DNA of 64,000 nt from Gemmatimonadales bacterium (GTDB lineage Bacteria > Gemmatimonadota > Gemmatimonadetes > Gemmatimonadales > GWC2-71-9), in contig JBBCJC010000003.1 of the NCBI GenBank assembly GCA_037189525.1, positions 535,609 to 599,608 of the forward strand, in the 5' to 3' direction. Position numbers and translations under genes: made by a program. Under the pieces are notes generated by a model. The model was not told the origin of the DNA and searched no databases. It worked only from the letters and a program-made list of their open reading frames with translations. This document shows positions 1 through 10,257 of this stretch, piece after piece. Within the stretch, counting starts at the first letter, position 1. Every line of letters begins with the position of its first letter.

Positions 1-620
1 TGGCGGCCGAAGTCGGAATTCCGCCGCAGCACGTCGACCGCGCCGCGCGCGAGTTACGGCCGGAGATGTCGTCTGCGGAGCTGTCGCGCTCCAGCCAGCC
101 GTGGACTTCCCAGCCGCGGATCGTGGTCGAGCGATGGATCGACGGAGACATCCCCGAAGACGAATACGCCACCATCGTCGATGAAGTCCGAATGACGGTG
201 GGCAACGTGGGGCAGGCGTCGACGCTGGGCCGGTCTCTGGCATGGCGAACGGTGGTGCCGTCCGGTCAGCTGGGTCGTAACATCAGTCTCCTCGTGACCC
301 CGTCGCAGGGCCGCACCCGACTTCGCATCGAAGAAATGGTGAGCAATCTGATGGGAGGCTACTTCGGCGCCATCGTGGGGGGAGGGAGCGGCGCCATCGT
401 GCCCGGAAGCGTAGGGCTTGCGGTTGGTGCGCTGGGCACACCGCTCATGATCCCGGTCTTCCTGCTCGTCGGATACGGCGCTGCCCTCGGGATTGCCCGT
501 CATTTCTATCTGAAGGCGTACAATCGCCGATCCCGCGAGCTGAACGAGTTGGCGGATCGCCTCGTACATCATCTCGTCGAGAGCCGCGACCGGGACGCCC
601 GGCGCCGGCTCCGCCCCTGA
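1..620 (+). CDS. Hypothetical membrane protein, 5' part outside the window
   Basis: The frame of ORF 66..620 is open back to the window edge (AAEVGIPPQHVDRAAREL...). C-terminal Gly-rich hydrophobic segments; stop TGA at 618-620. Confidence 0.7.
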   Translation, partial: AAEVGIPPQHVDRAARELRPEMSSAELSRSSQPWTSQPRIVVERWIDGDIPEDEYATIVDEVRMTVGNVGQASTLGRSLAWRTVVPSGQLGRNISLLVTPSQGRTRLRIEEMVSNLMGGYFGAIVGGGSGAIVPGSVGLAVGALGTPLMIPVFLLVGYGAALGIARHFYLKAYNRRSRELNELADRLVHHLVESRDRDARRRLRP

Positions 621-799
621 GCCGCGGACTTCGGCTCGACGAGTAGCGCTGTCCTGCGCTTATTCTCCGCTTAGTCGCCTTCATGAGGCTTTCTGGGGAG
701 CGGAATCTTCGAGCGAAGGACCTCCTCTTGGAGGTGGAGCGGGCGGGATCGGTTGGCGGAGGTGTGAGGGGAGACGGGCTTCCCACGGCGAGACAGGAC

Positions 800-828
800 T
801 TGACTGGAAATGCGTAAGTTCTTATCGT
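800..828 (+). promoter_or_regulatory. Sigma70-type promoter of infC-rpmI-rplT
   Basis: TTGACT(800-805), 17-bp spacer, TATCGT(823-828), in an AT-rich patch. Confidence 0.65.
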
Positions 829-834
829 TCAAGA

Positions 835-962
835 ATATCGCAAGTGAGGCCTTAATTGGCCTCCACCCCAAGCCAGCGGCGAACGGGTCCTGAATCTGAT
901 CTCCCGGTCCTCACAGGCCTGGGAGCGTTCTGGACGCCCCGACTCGCTTCGGGGCGTTTTGC
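835..962 (+). promoter_or_regulatory. Putative L20-leader-like autoregulatory RNA with terminator hairpin
   Basis: AAGT-GAGGCC-ttaatt-GGCCTC-CACC (842-867) resembles the L20 leader core. Further hairpins at 901-925 and GACGCCCCGA/TCGGGGCGTT followed by Ts (933-961), upstream of infC-rpmI-rplT. Confidence 0.5.
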
Positions 963-1040
963 GTAGGACGCCGGCCGTTCCGGCGCGGGCCCGGGCAGCA
1001 TCGGGATCCGGTAGTCAAACTGAACCTGGAGGTATGGCCA

Positions 1041-1562
1041 CTGAGCACGAACGAGCGCGAACGACGGGTCCGGATCAATCGGATGATCCGCATCAGCCCG
1101 GTCCGAGTCATTTCGGACGCCGGGGAGCAGTTGGGGGTGTTGACCATCGATGAGGCCATGGCGCTCGCGGAAGAGCGCGGACTCGATCTGGTCGAGGTCG
1201 CCCCGATGGCGCGGCCCCCCGTCGTCAAGATCATGAACTACGGGAAGTACAAGTTCGAAGAAGCCAAAGCGGCGCGTGCGGCCAAGAAGAAGCAGCACGT
1301 GATCGAGGTCAAGGAAGTCAAATTCCGGCCGGGCATCGACGAGCACGACCTCGAGTTCAAGGTCCGGCACATGCGCGAGTTCCTGAAGGAAGGGAACAAG
1401 GTCAAGGTGACCATGATGTTCCGTGGCCGGCAGGTGACACGAGTGGATCTGGGACGCGCCGTATTGGATCGGGTCCTGGCGCAGGTGGCCGACGTCGGAA
1501 AAGTGGAGTTCGACGCGCGGCTGGAAGGTCGTACCATGGTCATGGTGCTGGCGCCCAAATAG
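1041..1562 (+). CDS. infC: Translation initiation factor IF-3 (probable CTG start)
   Basis: [14 protein letters not shown]...GLDLVEVAP...YGKYKFE...[10 protein letters not shown] motifs. SD GGAGGT (1028-1033) lies 7 nt before an in-frame CTG at 1041. Confidence 0.95.
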   Translation: MSTNERERRVRINRMIRISPVRVISDAGEQLGVLTIDEAMALAEERGLDLVEVAPMARPPVVKIMNYGKYKFEEAKAARAAKKKQHVIEVKEVKFRPGIDEHDLEFKVRHMREFLKEGNKVKVTMMFRGRQVTRVDLGRAVLDRVLAQVADVGKVEFDARLEGRTMVMVLAPK

Positions 1563-1627
1563 CGCCGGCGGTTTTGGGCCCCCGACATGGCGGTCGGTGC
1601 GGGCCCCTTAGGGAAACGGAAGCGACG

Positions 1628-1822
1628 ATGCCGAAGCAGAAGACGAAGCGAGCCGCCACCAAGCGGTTCAAAGTGACGGGAAGCGGCGCGATCAAGCGGT
1701 CGAAGACCAACAAGCGCCACATCCTGACTAAGAAGACGCGCAAGCGGAAGAATCAACTGGGCAAGCCGGCGCTGGTGAGCTCCGCCGATTTCAGGCGGAC
1801 CGAAAAGCTGCTGCTGGCCTAA
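1628..1822 (+). CDS. rpmI: 50S ribosomal protein L35
   Basis: [20 protein letters not shown]...HILTKK; located between infC and rplT. Confidence 0.97.
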   Translation: MPKQKTKRAATKRFKVTGSGAIKRSKTNKRHILTKKTRKRKNQLGKPALVSSADFRRTEKLLLA

Positions 1823-1837
1823 CGCGGAGACGGATCG

Positions 1838-2191
1838 ATGCCTCGGGTAAAGAGCGGCGTGGCGCATCACGCCCGGAAAAAGAAGTACATGGCGGCAGCC
1901 AAGGGCGCGCGCGGTGCACGCAGCAAGCTCTACAAGGCTGCCAAGGAAACGGTCGAACGGGCGCTGCGGTATGCCTACCGCGATCGGCGTAAACGGAAGA
2001 GCGAGTTCCGCGCGCTCTGGATCACCCGGATCAATGCGGCCGCTCGGCTCCACGATCTGTCGTACAGCCGATTTATGGCGGGCCTCAAGAAGGCCGGCGT
2101 CGAGATCGATCGGAAGATGCTTGCCGATCTCGCCGTTGCCGACGCGGATGCGTTTGCGCGTCTCGCCGAAGTCGCCAAAGGAGCCGCCTGA
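1838..2191 (+). CDS. rplT: 50S ribosomal protein L20
   Basis: MPRVK...[26 protein letters not shown]...[10 protein letters not shown]. Confidence 0.98.
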   Translation: MPRVKSGVAHHARKKKYMAAAKGARGARSKLYKAAKETVERALRYAYRDRRKRKSEFRALWITRINAAARLHDLSYSRFMAGLKKAGVEIDRKMLADLAVADADAFARLAEVAKGAA

Positions 2192-2219
2192 GCGCGTCGG
2201 CACCTGAGACACTGACGAC

Positions 2220-2260
2220 CACCCCCGCGCTCACCCCCTCGGTGGTCGCGGGGGTGATTC
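2220..2260 (+). terminator. GC-rich hairpin after rplT
   Basis: CACCCCCGCG(2220-2229)/CGCGGGGGTG(2247-2256); weak T tail. Confidence 0.4.
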
Positions 2261-2311
2261 GTTGTGGGACCGATCTGACCTTCGACCGATGGTGATGGGG
2301 CCGTTCTCTGC

Positions 2312-3382
2312 ATGGAGCCGACTGGATATTCCGAACTGGATGCGCTGCTGCCGCGGCTCGAGGCCCTCGCGGGTCTCGACGCGGCGGCGCTCGACAATGA
2401 GCGGATCGCGCTGCTGGGGCGCAAACAAGGCGCCCTGACGGCGCTGCTCAAATCGCTGCCCACCCTGGCGCCTGAGGACCGGAAGGCGTTCGGCGCTGCG
2501 GTCAACCGGCTCAAGCAGGCGTTCGAAGCGGCGTTCGAGAGCCGGGACGCTGCCTTGAACGGTGCGGCCGGCCACGCCGAACGCCGCGACCTGACCATGC
2601 CCGGCCGGCGCCAGTGGGTCGGCGCCGATCATCCGGTCACCAAGGTCACCGCCGAGATCTGCGACATCTTCCGCAGTCTCGGCTTTGCGGTGGCGGTAGG
2701 GCCCGAGGTCGAAGACGAGTGGATGAATTTCTTCGCCCTCAATTTTCCGGAAAACCATCCGGCGCTCGATGCGCACGACACGCTCTATCTGACCGATACG
2801 GTCGAGCCCGCGGCGGATGAGCAGGGCCGAGGCGGCAAGCTCTTGCTGCGCACTCACACCTCGCCGGTGCAGATCCGGGTGATGCAGAGCGGACCGCCGC
2901 CCTATCGGGTGGTGATTCCCGGCATGGTCTACCGGAACGATCCGTTCGATCCTTCGCACGCTCCGGCGTTTGCGCAGATCGAGGGCCTGGCCGTCGATGA
3001 GGGCATCGGTCTGGTCGACCTGAAGGCGACCTTGACGCATTTCGTGCACCGGTTCTTCAGTCCGACCACGAAGGTTCGCTTCCGGCCCTCGTATTTCCCG
3101 TTCACCGAGCCGTCGGCCGAACTGGATGTCGAGTGCCAGCTTTGCCATGGCAGCGGCTGTCCGGCCTGTAAACACACCGGCTGGATGGAGATTCTCGGCT
3201 GCGGCATGGTGCACCCCAACGTGCTCACCAACGCCGGCGTCGATGCCGAGCGGTATACGGGTTGGGCGTTCGGGATGGGGCCGGGGCGGGTGGCCATGAA
3301 CCGGTTCGGTCTCCCCGATATCCGGTATCTCTACAGCGGTGATATGCGCTTGCTGCGCCAGTTCGGAGGAGCCGACCGATGA
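2312..3382 (+). CDS. pheS: Phenylalanine-tRNA ligase alpha subunit
   Basis: LLRTHTSPVQIR, FRPSYFPFTEPS, CxxCxxxGCxxC, GWAFGMG motifs. Confidence 0.98.
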   Translation: MEPTGYSELDALLPRLEALAGLDAAALDNERIALLGRKQGALTALLKSLPTLAPEDRKAFGAAVNRLKQAFEAAFESRDAALNGAAGHAERRDLTMPGRRQWVGADHPVTKVTAEICDIFRSLGFAVAVGPEVEDEWMNFFALNFPENHPALDAHDTLYLTDTVEPAADEQGRGGKLLLRTHTSPVQIRVMQSGPPPYRVVIPGMVYRNDPFDPSHAPAFAQIEGLAVDEGIGLVDLKATLTHFVHRFFSPTTKVRFRPSYFPFTEPSAELDVECQLCHGSGCPACKHTGWMEILGCGMVHPNVLTNAGVDAERYTGWAFGMGPGRVAMNRFGLPDIRYLYSGDMRLLRQFGGADR

Positions 3383-5769
3383 ACGTTTCCCGTCGCTGGC
3401 TCGAGGCGTTTCTGCAGCGCCCGCTCGACAGCAAGGATCTGGTTCCGCGACTGGCCATGCTTGGTCTCCCGCCGGATGCGGTCGAGTCGCTCCATGCGGA
3501 GCTGGCGCCTGTGGTGGTCGGCCAGGTGGTGGAGCTCAACCGCCATCCCAACGCCGATCGATTGCAGGTCTGCCAGGTCGATATCGGCGGTGACCAGCGC
3601 CGCCAGGTGGTGACCGGCGCGACCAACGTGGCGCTGGGAGCTCGCTATCCCTTTGCGCCGGTCGGAACCACGCTGCCGAACGGGATCACACTCGAGAAGC
3701 GCAAGCTGCGCGGCGAGGTGTCCGAAGGGATGCTCTGTTCCGCCGACGAGTTGGGCATGGGGACCGATCACGACGGGCTCCTGACTCTCGAAGGCGATCA
3801 TGCGGCGGGGACGCCCATCCTCGAGGTCTTCGATCTGGGCGACGAGCGCCTGGTGCTCGATATCTCGCCGATGCGCGGTGACCTGCTTTCGCACAAAGGG
3901 GTGGCCCGTGAACTCGCTGCGTCGCTCAAGCTGACTTACCGGCTGCCGGCGGTGCCGGGTGTCAACCGGGCCATCGACGCCACGATCCGGCGTGCACCAG
4001 GGTCGTCGGGAACGCTGGCTGAGTGTGAGGCGTTTCCGGACGGGCTCGAGGTGGTCGTCGAAGGGGGAGCTGCGGGGAAGCGGTTCACCGCGGCCGTGAT
4101 CGAGAATGTCCAGGTCGGGCCGTCGCCGGAGTGGCTGGTGCGCCGCCTGGCCGCCGTCGGGCAGCGGTCGATCAATAACATCGTCGACATCACCAACTAC
4201 GTCATGTTCGAAATCGGCCAGCCGTTGCACGCCTACGATGCGAGCCGGATCGGTGGCGGGCGGCTGGTGTCGCGTCTGGCGTGCGAGGGTGAGCGGCTCA
4301 CAACGCTCGACGGGGTCGACCGGACCCTGACGGGTTCGATGACGGTCGTGGCCGACGGGAGCGTGGCTCTTGGCGTTGCGGGCGTGATGGGTGGCGGGCA
4401 CAGTGAAGTCGGTTCGGAGACGACGACCGTGGTGCTGGAGGCCGCCTGGTGGGAGCCCGCGGCCACTCGGCTGACCCGTCGCGCGCTCGGCCTGGCGACC
4501 GAAGCCAGCCAGCGGTTCGAACGGGGCGCGGATCTCTTTTCGTTGCCCGAGTCGTTACGGCGGGCGATCGAGCTGGTGATCGCGGTTGCGGGCGGACGTT
4601 TGGTCGATGCCGTCGATGTCTGGCCCGAGGTGACGCATCCGCCGCGGGTCTTTCTCCGCCAGGCGCGGGTCGCGCAGGTCATCGGACTCGACCTTCCGCT
4701 CGCGGCCATCGAGAAGACGCTGGTGGCTATTGGCGCCACGGTGCTGGCCAAACCGGATGATGCCCGTCTCGCCGTGGATGTGCCCGGCTGGCGGCGCGAT
4801 CTGACCACGGAAATCGATCTGGTCGAGGAAGTGGCCCGGATTTACGGCTATGACCAGTTGCCCGACGGTCTCCGGCCTTTCCGGGCAGGCGCTCAGGTCG
4901 ATGCGCCCAGTGAGCTGGTGTCGCAGACGATTCGGCGGGGACTCACGGCGGAAGGCCTCTTCGAAGCGGTCCTGCTGCCGATTGGTCCTGCGACAGGTGC
5001 GGATGCCGTCCCGGTCCTGAACCCGCTGTCGGCCGATCACGGGTTTCTGCGGGAGCGGCTCCTGCCCGGGCTGATTCGGGAGGTGGAGACGAATTGGTCC
5101 GCGCAGGTGCGCGATGTCCGTCTGTTCGAGATCGGGACCGGTTTCGCCAGGCCCGCCCAGGGTCGTCGTCCGGTCGAAACGCTCCGGGTTGCGGGCGTCG
5201 TGACCGGGGGGCGTCTGGCCGGACACTGGACCGATTCCGGGAAGACACCCGACCTCGACTGGTGGGATCTCCGCGGCCTGTTCGAACGTGCGGTCTCCCT
5301 GGCGAATCCCGGGGCGACGGTGCAAGTTGCGGGAGATCGCTTGGTGGCCATGATCGGCGATCGGCAGGTCGGTCAGGCCGGCCTCGAACAGGGCGATGCC
5401 CCCGTCTGGGCAGCTCCCCTCTTCGGGTTTGAAGTCGAGATCGATCCGAGCGCGCGGCAGGTGCCGCCGTTCGTGCCGCCGCCGGCGTTCCCAGCCGCCA
5501 ACCGCGATGTGGCGCTGGTGGTTCCGTGGACCGTCTCCGCGGCAGCGGTCATCGCCGAGGCGCGGCGGGTTGGTGGCGCCACCCTGGAGGCAATCGAGGT
5601 GGTCGACGAGTACCGGGGAGCAGGCGTCCCCGAATCGGCCCGCAGCGTGGCATTCCGGTTCCGATTCCGAAGTCGGGATCGGACCCTCAAGGACGTGGAA
5701 GTCGATCAGGCGGTGCATCGGATTCGCGCTGCCGTGGAGAAGCATCTTGGCGCAAGCCTCCGGAGCTGA
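3379..5769 (+). CDS. pheT: Phenylalanine-tRNA ligase beta subunit
   Basis: HPNADRL, RGEVSEGMLCS, NNIVDITNYVM, RFERG, DLVEEVARIYGY; C-terminal FDX-ACB domain. Confidence 0.98.
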   Translation: MNVSRRWLEAFLQRPLDSKDLVPRLAMLGLPPDAVESLHAELAPVVVGQVVELNRHPNADRLQVCQVDIGGDQRRQVVTGATNVALGARYPFAPVGTTLPNGITLEKRKLRGEVSEGMLCSADELGMGTDHDGLLTLEGDHAAGTPILEVFDLGDERLVLDISPMRGDLLSHKGVARELAASLKLTYRLPAVPGVNRAIDATIRRAPGSSGTLAECEAFPDGLEVVVEGGAAGKRFTAAVIENVQVGPSPEWLVRRLAAVGQRSINNIVDITNYVMFEIGQPLHAYDASRIGGGRLVSRLACEGERLTTLDGVDRTLTGSMTVVADGSVALGVAGVMGGGHSEVGSETTTVVLEAAWWEPAATRLTRRALGLATEASQRFERGADLFSLPESLRRAIELVIAVAGGRLVDAVDVWPEVTHPPRVFLRQARVAQVIGLDLPLAAIEKTLVAIGATVLAKPDDARLAVDVPGWRRDLTTEIDLVEEVARIYGYDQLPDGLRPFRAGAQVDAPSELVSQTIRRGLTAEGLFEAVLLPIGPATGADAVPVLNPLSADHGFLRERLLPGLIREVETNWSAQVRDVRLFEIGTGFARPAQGRRPVETLRVAGVVTGGRLAGHWTDSGKTPDLDWWDLRGLFERAVSLANPGATVQVAGDRLVAMIGDRQVGQAGLEQGDAPVWAAPLFGFEVEIDPSARQVPPFVPPPAFPAANRDVALVVPWTVSAAAVIAEARRVGGATLEAIEVVDEYRGAGVPESARSVAFRFRFRSRDRTLKDVEVDQAVHRIRAAVEKHLGASLRS

Positions 5770-6052
5770 TGACGCACTGACGGCGCTCGAGCGGGCGGCT
5801 CAGGTCCTCGAGGCCGAGCTGGTCCGCTCACGCGAGCGCGCGGCCGCGGCGGAGACCGAACTCGAGGCCGTCCGCAATCAGGTGCCGGCGTTTTCGAACG
5901 ACGACATTGCGGCGCTGCGCCAGCGGATCGAGGAGGTCGAGGCCGAAAATCTGGCGCTCAGGCGCCGGATCGAGGGCGCGCGTGAACAGCTGGAGCAGTT
6001 GCGCACGCGGGTGCGGTTCATGGGCGGTCAACCCGCGGGAGAACGGCGATGA
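5747..6052 (+). CDS. Coiled-coil protein, ZapB-like
   Basis: Heptad-rich C-terminal part of ORF 5396..6052. TTG at 5747 with GGAG 7 nt upstream; sits between pheT and zapA. Confidence 0.65.
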   Translation: MAQASGADDALTALERAAQVLEAELVRSRERAAAAETELEAVRNQVPAFSNDDIAALRQRIEEVEAENLALRRRIEGAREQLEQLRTRVRFMGGQPAGERR

Positions 6053-6327
6053 GTGATTCGCGTCCCGTCGAAGTGATCATCGGCGGCCACAAACTGCTGG
6101 TGAGTTCCGACCACCCGGCGGAATACACCAAAGCGGTCGCTGACCATTTCGATCAGGCCTTTCAGCGGATCCGCGCGGCGCTGCCGACGGTCGATGCGCA
6201 TCGTGCCGCCATCCTGGCCGGGCTTGCCGTAACGGACGAGCTCTTCCAGGCCCAGCAGGCCGGGAAGGGAGCAACGGCGCGAATACGGGCGGTTGCTGCG
6301 CGATTGGAACAGTTGGTCGGGTCGTAA
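6049..6327 (+). CDS. zapA: Cell division protein ZapA
   Basis: VEVIIGG...AAILAGLAVTDELF; conserved pheT-zapA-rny context. Confidence 0.85.
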   Translation: MSDSRPVEVIIGGHKLLVSSDHPAEYTKAVADHFDQAFQRIRAALPTVDAHRAAILAGLAVTDELFQAQQAGKGATARIRAVAARLEQLVGS

Positions 6328-6399
6328 CAGAAGCGTCCGGCAGTCGGACTCACACCATCAATCGCGGCGACGGCTGTCACCGCGTTCGGAGATACAGCC

Positions 6400-7980
6400 A
6401 TGCCCCTCATGGAAATCGTCCTGGTGGGTGCCGGGGCGATTGGAGGCGTCCTCGTCGCACTGCTTGGCTACTCGGCCGTGTTGCGCTCCAAGCGGCGCGA
6501 TGCGGCCGGGCTGATTGCCGCGGCGCAGGAGGAATCGGCCCGGACGGCCGCGGATGCTCGTACCGAGGCCGACAAGGTCCGGGCCGCGGCCGTCGTCGAA
6601 GGCAAGATGGAAGCGCTCAGGCTTCGTGAAGAAGCAGAGAAGGAAGCCGGCCGCCGCCGCGAGGAAATCGACCGGGTCGAGCGGCGTCTCGACGAACGGG
6701 ATCAGACCCTGGCGCGGCGGAACGAGGAGTTGGATCGCCAGGGCAAGTCGGTTGCCGGGCAGCAGAGCGCCCTGGCCCAGCGGGAAGTGCTCATCGACGC
6801 GCGTCTCAAAGAGGTCGATGCCCTGGCGCACGAGCAGCGGCAGCGTCTCGAGCGGATTGCCGGGCTGTCGGTCGAAGAAGCGCGCAAGCAGTTCTTCCAG
6901 CGGGTCGAGGATGAGGCGCGGGCCCAGGCGTCGGCCCTGGTGCGCGAAATCAAAGATCAGGCAAAGCGGAATGCCGACCGCGAGGCCAAGCGGATCATTG
7001 CAATGTCGATCCAGCGCCTTGCCGCTGAGCATACGGCGGAGACCACCGTGTCCGCCGTGGCACTGCCGAGCGACGAGCTCAAGGGGCGGATCATCGGCCG
7101 GGAAGGTCGGAACATCCGCGCCTTCGAAATGGCCACCGGTGTCGATCTGATCATCGACGACACGCCCGATACGGTCATCGTGTCATGCTTCGACCCGATT
7201 CGCCGCGAAGTCGGACGGCGCGCGCTCGAAGCGCTGATTACCGACGGGCGGATTCATCCCGGACGGATCGAGGAGGTCGTCAAGAAGATCCAGAAGGAGC
7301 TGGAGGAGCAGCTGGTCGAACTGGGCGAGCAGGCGGCCTACGAGACGGGCATCCACGGGCTCCATCCTGAAATGATCAAGCTGGTGGGACGGATGCGGTA
7401 TCGGACGTCCTATGGGCAGAACATCTACGAGCACTCGAAGGAAGTCGCCTGGATTGCCGGGATGATGGCGGCGGAGCTCCACCTCGACGTCCAGCTCGCC
7501 AAGCGGGGTGGCCTGCTGCACGACGTCGGCAAAGTGCTGACCCATGACAACGAGGGCACCCACGTGCAACTCGGCGTCGAGGTCGCAACCAAGTATCGGG
7601 AAAATGCCCTCGTCATCAACTGCATTGCCGCCCACCACGACGACGTGCCGCACGAAACGGCGGAGTCGGTGCTGGTCCAGGCGGCCGATGCCATCAGCGG
7701 CTCCAGGCCGGGCGCCCGGCGCGAGTCGTTCGAAACCTACGTCAAGCGCCTGACCAAGCTCGAGGAAATTGCGTCGAGCTTCGACGGCGTGGACAAAGTC
7801 AATGCCATTCAGGCCGGCCGGGAGGTGCGGGTGATCGTAGTGCCCGAAAAGATCGACGATGCCCGTTCGCAGGAGCTGGCGGAAACCATCGCCAAACGGA
7901 TCGAAGGCGAGCTGCAGTATCCCGGACAGATCCGGGTCACCGTGATTCGCGAGACCCGCGCCACCGGAGTGGCCAAGTGA
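6400..7980 (+). CDS. rny: Ribonuclease Y
   Basis: N-terminal TM segment, coiled coil, KH domain ([13 protein letters not shown]), HD domain (LLHDVGK), [12 protein letters not shown]. Confidence 0.97.
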   Translation: MPLMEIVLVGAGAIGGVLVALLGYSAVLRSKRRDAAGLIAAAQEESARTAADARTEADKVRAAAVVEGKMEALRLREEAEKEAGRRREEIDRVERRLDERDQTLARRNEELDRQGKSVAGQQSALAQREVLIDARLKEVDALAHEQRQRLERIAGLSVEEARKQFFQRVEDEARAQASALVREIKDQAKRNADREAKRIIAMSIQRLAAEHTAETTVSAVALPSDELKGRIIGREGRNIRAFEMATGVDLIIDDTPDTVIVSCFDPIRREVGRRALEALITDGRIHPGRIEEVVKKIQKELEEQLVELGEQAAYETGIHGLHPEMIKLVGRMRYRTSYGQNIYEHSKEVAWIAGMMAAELHLDVQLAKRGGLLHDVGKVLTHDNEGTHVQLGVEVATKYRENALVINCIAAHHDDVPHETAESVLVQAADAISGSRPGARRESFETYVKRLTKLEEIASSFDGVDKVNAIQAGREVRVIVVPEKIDDARSQELAETIAKRIEGELQYPGQIRVTVIRETRATGVAK

Positions 7981-8858
7981 GCGCCAGAATTCTGGACGGG
8001 ACGGCGATTGCTGCGGAGATTCGCAAGGATATCGAACGGGACGTGCGCGGACTGATCGGCCGGGGTGTCACGCCGGGGCTGGCTGTGGTGATCGTCGGCG
8101 ATGATCCGGCCAGCAAGGTCTACGTGGCAAGCAAGGGGCGCGCCTGCCTCGAGGCCGGGATGCACTCGGAAACGATCCGGTTGCCGGACACGACTACCGA
8201 GGCGGAACTCCTGGCCGTGATCGACCGTCTCAATGCCGATCCGGCCATTCACGGCTTCCTGGTGCAGTTGCCGTTACCCAAGTCGATCGATAGCGATCGC
8301 GTCCTGCTCAGGATCGATCCGCGCAAGGATGTCGACGGCTTCCATCCGATGAACGTGGGCCGGGTGTCCATCGGCGATCCGCTGGCGTTCCGTCCGGCCA
8401 CGCCATACGGTGTGCAGCAGATGCTGATTCGTTCGGGCATCGAAACCAAGGGCATGCATGCGGTCGTGGTCGGCCGCTCGAACATCGTCGGGAAGCCGAT
8501 GGCCAGCCTCCTGGTGCAGGATACGCCGGGCGGCAATTGCACCGTGACGGTCTGTCATTCGCGGTCTCGCGATCTGCCTGGACTGACTCGGCAGGCGGAT
8601 CTACTGGTGGTGGCCATCGGACGCCCGGACTTCGTTCGTGGTGATATGATCAAGCCGGGTGCGGTCGTGATCGACGTCGGCATCAATCGCGTCGCGGATG
8701 CGGCTGCGCCCAAGGGTTATCGGATCGTCGGTGATGTCGCGTTCGACGAAGCCATGCAGGTTGCGAGCGCGGTCACGCCGGTGCCGGGCGGGGTCGGGAA
8801 GATGACGATTGCGATGCTGCTGATGAATACGGTCCAGGCGGCGCGGCAACAGTCGTGA
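7977..8858 (+). CDS. folD: Methylenetetrahydrofolate dehydrogenase/cyclohydrolase
   Basis: [25 protein letters not shown] motifs. Confidence 0.97.
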   Translation: MSARILDGTAIAAEIRKDIERDVRGLIGRGVTPGLAVVIVGDDPASKVYVASKGRACLEAGMHSETIRLPDTTTEAELLAVIDRLNADPAIHGFLVQLPLPKSIDSDRVLLRIDPRKDVDGFHPMNVGRVSIGDPLAFRPATPYGVQQMLIRSGIETKGMHAVVVGRSNIVGKPMASLLVQDTPGGNCTVTVCHSRSRDLPGLTRQADLLVVAIGRPDFVRGDMIKPGAVVIDVGINRVADAAAPKGYRIVGDVAFDEAMQVASAVTPVPGGVGKMTIAMLLMNTVQAARQQS

Positions 8859-10042
8859 AGCGTCGCAGGGTCGCCCCCAACGATTTGTTCGGCGAGGTAC
8901 CGGCTGCGTCGTCGGGCGCCGACAGTACCCGCGCCGCCTTTTCGGTTTCGGAGCTGGCGGGAGCGCTCAAAGAGCTGGCGGAAGGTGCGCTGGGGCAGGT
9001 CTGGGTCAAAGGCGAGCTGACCGGCTTCAAAGCCTACGAAACCGGGCATTGGTACTTCACCCTGCGCGATGAAGGTGCGCAGCTCCGGTGCGTGATGTGG
9101 CGGACCTACGCTGAGCGGCTCCGGGTACCGCCGCCCGAGGGCACTGAAGTCTACTTGCTGGGCACGCCCACGGTCTGGGCGCCGCGGGGCGAGTTGCGCC
9201 TCTCCGCGGTTACCGTGCTACCGACCAGTGGGGTTGGAGTCCAGCAACTGGCGTTCGAGCGGACCCGCGAACTGCTCGAGCGCGACGGCCTTTTCGATCC
9301 GGCCCGCAAACGCGCGTTGCCCGCCTTTCCCCGAGGACTCGCCGTCGTGACCAGCAGTGACGGCGCGGTCATCCACGATATCGTGACGGTCGCGCGGCGC
9401 CGCTGGCCTGCCACCCGGGTGGTCATCGTCCCGGCGCGGGTGCAGGGCGGCGATGCCATCGAGACGCTGGTCGAAGCGCTCGAGATGGTCGATCGCCTGA
9501 CCGACATCGATCTCTGTATCGTCGCCCGCGGCGGCGGAGCCAAGGACGACCTGCTGGCCTTCAACGCCGAGGCCGTCTGCCGGGCCCTGGCGCGCGTGAG
9601 GGTGCCGACCATCTCGGCCATCGGTCACGAAACCGACGTCACCCTGGCTGATCTGATCGCGGACGTGCGGGCGCCGACGCCGTCGGCCGCTGCGGAGCTG
9701 GCGTTACCCGATCGTGCCCAGGTGGCGCGGCATGTGGCGTCGCTGGCCAACCGGCTGGCCGGCGGCCTGCGCCGGCGGATCGACTGGCAGACGGAACGAG
9801 TCGACCGGATTGCCGATCGGGCCCGCCACGCCATGACCGGACGGCTGCAGCGTCAGTCGCACCGGTTCGAGCGGCTTGCCACCGCCCTCGATGCGCTCAA
9901 TCCGCTGGCTGTGCTGGCGCGAGGCTACAGCGTGGCGCAGACCGACGAAGGCAAAGTCGTCACCCGCCGGAGCCAGTTGCCGCCGGGAACTCCCTTTACC
10001 CTCCGCGTCGCCGATGGCGCGATCCAGGCCAGGTCGGAATGA
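8855..10042 (+). CDS. xseA: Exodeoxyribonuclease VII large subunit
   Basis: GHWYFTLRD, ARGGG, SAIGHETD, APTPSAAAE, LARGYS. Confidence 0.96.
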   Translation: MKRRRVAPNDLFGEVPAASSGADSTRAAFSVSELAGALKELAEGALGQVWVKGELTGFKAYETGHWYFTLRDEGAQLRCVMWRTYAERLRVPPPEGTEVYLLGTPTVWAPRGELRLSAVTVLPTSGVGVQQLAFERTRELLERDGLFDPARKRALPAFPRGLAVVTSSDGAVIHDIVTVARRRWPATRVVIVPARVQGGDAIETLVEALEMVDRLTDIDLCIVARGGGAKDDLLAFNAEAVCRALARVRVPTISAIGHETDVTLADLIADVRAPTPSAAAELALPDRAQVARHVASLANRLAGGLRRRIDWQTERVDRIADRARHAMTGRLQRQSHRFERLATALDALNPLAVLARGYSVAQTDEGKVVTRRSQLPPGTPFTLRVADGAIQARSE

Positions 10043-10257
10043 CTGATCCTTTGAGTGCCGATCTCGACCGGCTTGAACAGATCGTCCATGCCCTCGAACG
10101 CGACGACCTCGATCTCGATGGCGCGCTCGCGCTGTTCGAGGAAGGGATCGGGCGGTTGCGAGCCGCCAAGGAACGACTTGCGGAAGCCGAGGCCAAGGTC
10201 GAACGGGTCCTGACCGACGCCGCCGGCGTGCTCAAGCTCACCCGGTTCGATGCCTGA
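10039..10257 (+). CDS. xseB: Exodeoxyribonuclease VII small subunit
   Basis: LEQIVHALE...LDGALALFEEG...AEAKV; follows xseA. Confidence 0.93.
   Translation: MTDPLSADLDRLEQIVHALERDDLDLDGALALFEEGIGRLRAAKERLAEAEAKVERVLTDAAGVLKLTRFDA

Noticed and set aside
2192-2311. pheM-like leader peptide or T-box upstream of pheS
   Set aside because: No Phe-rich uORF and no T-box consensus; only a GC hairpin.
6328-6399. 6S RNA, often found between zapA and rny
   Set aside because: The gap is only 72 nt, too short for a ~180-nt 6S RNA.
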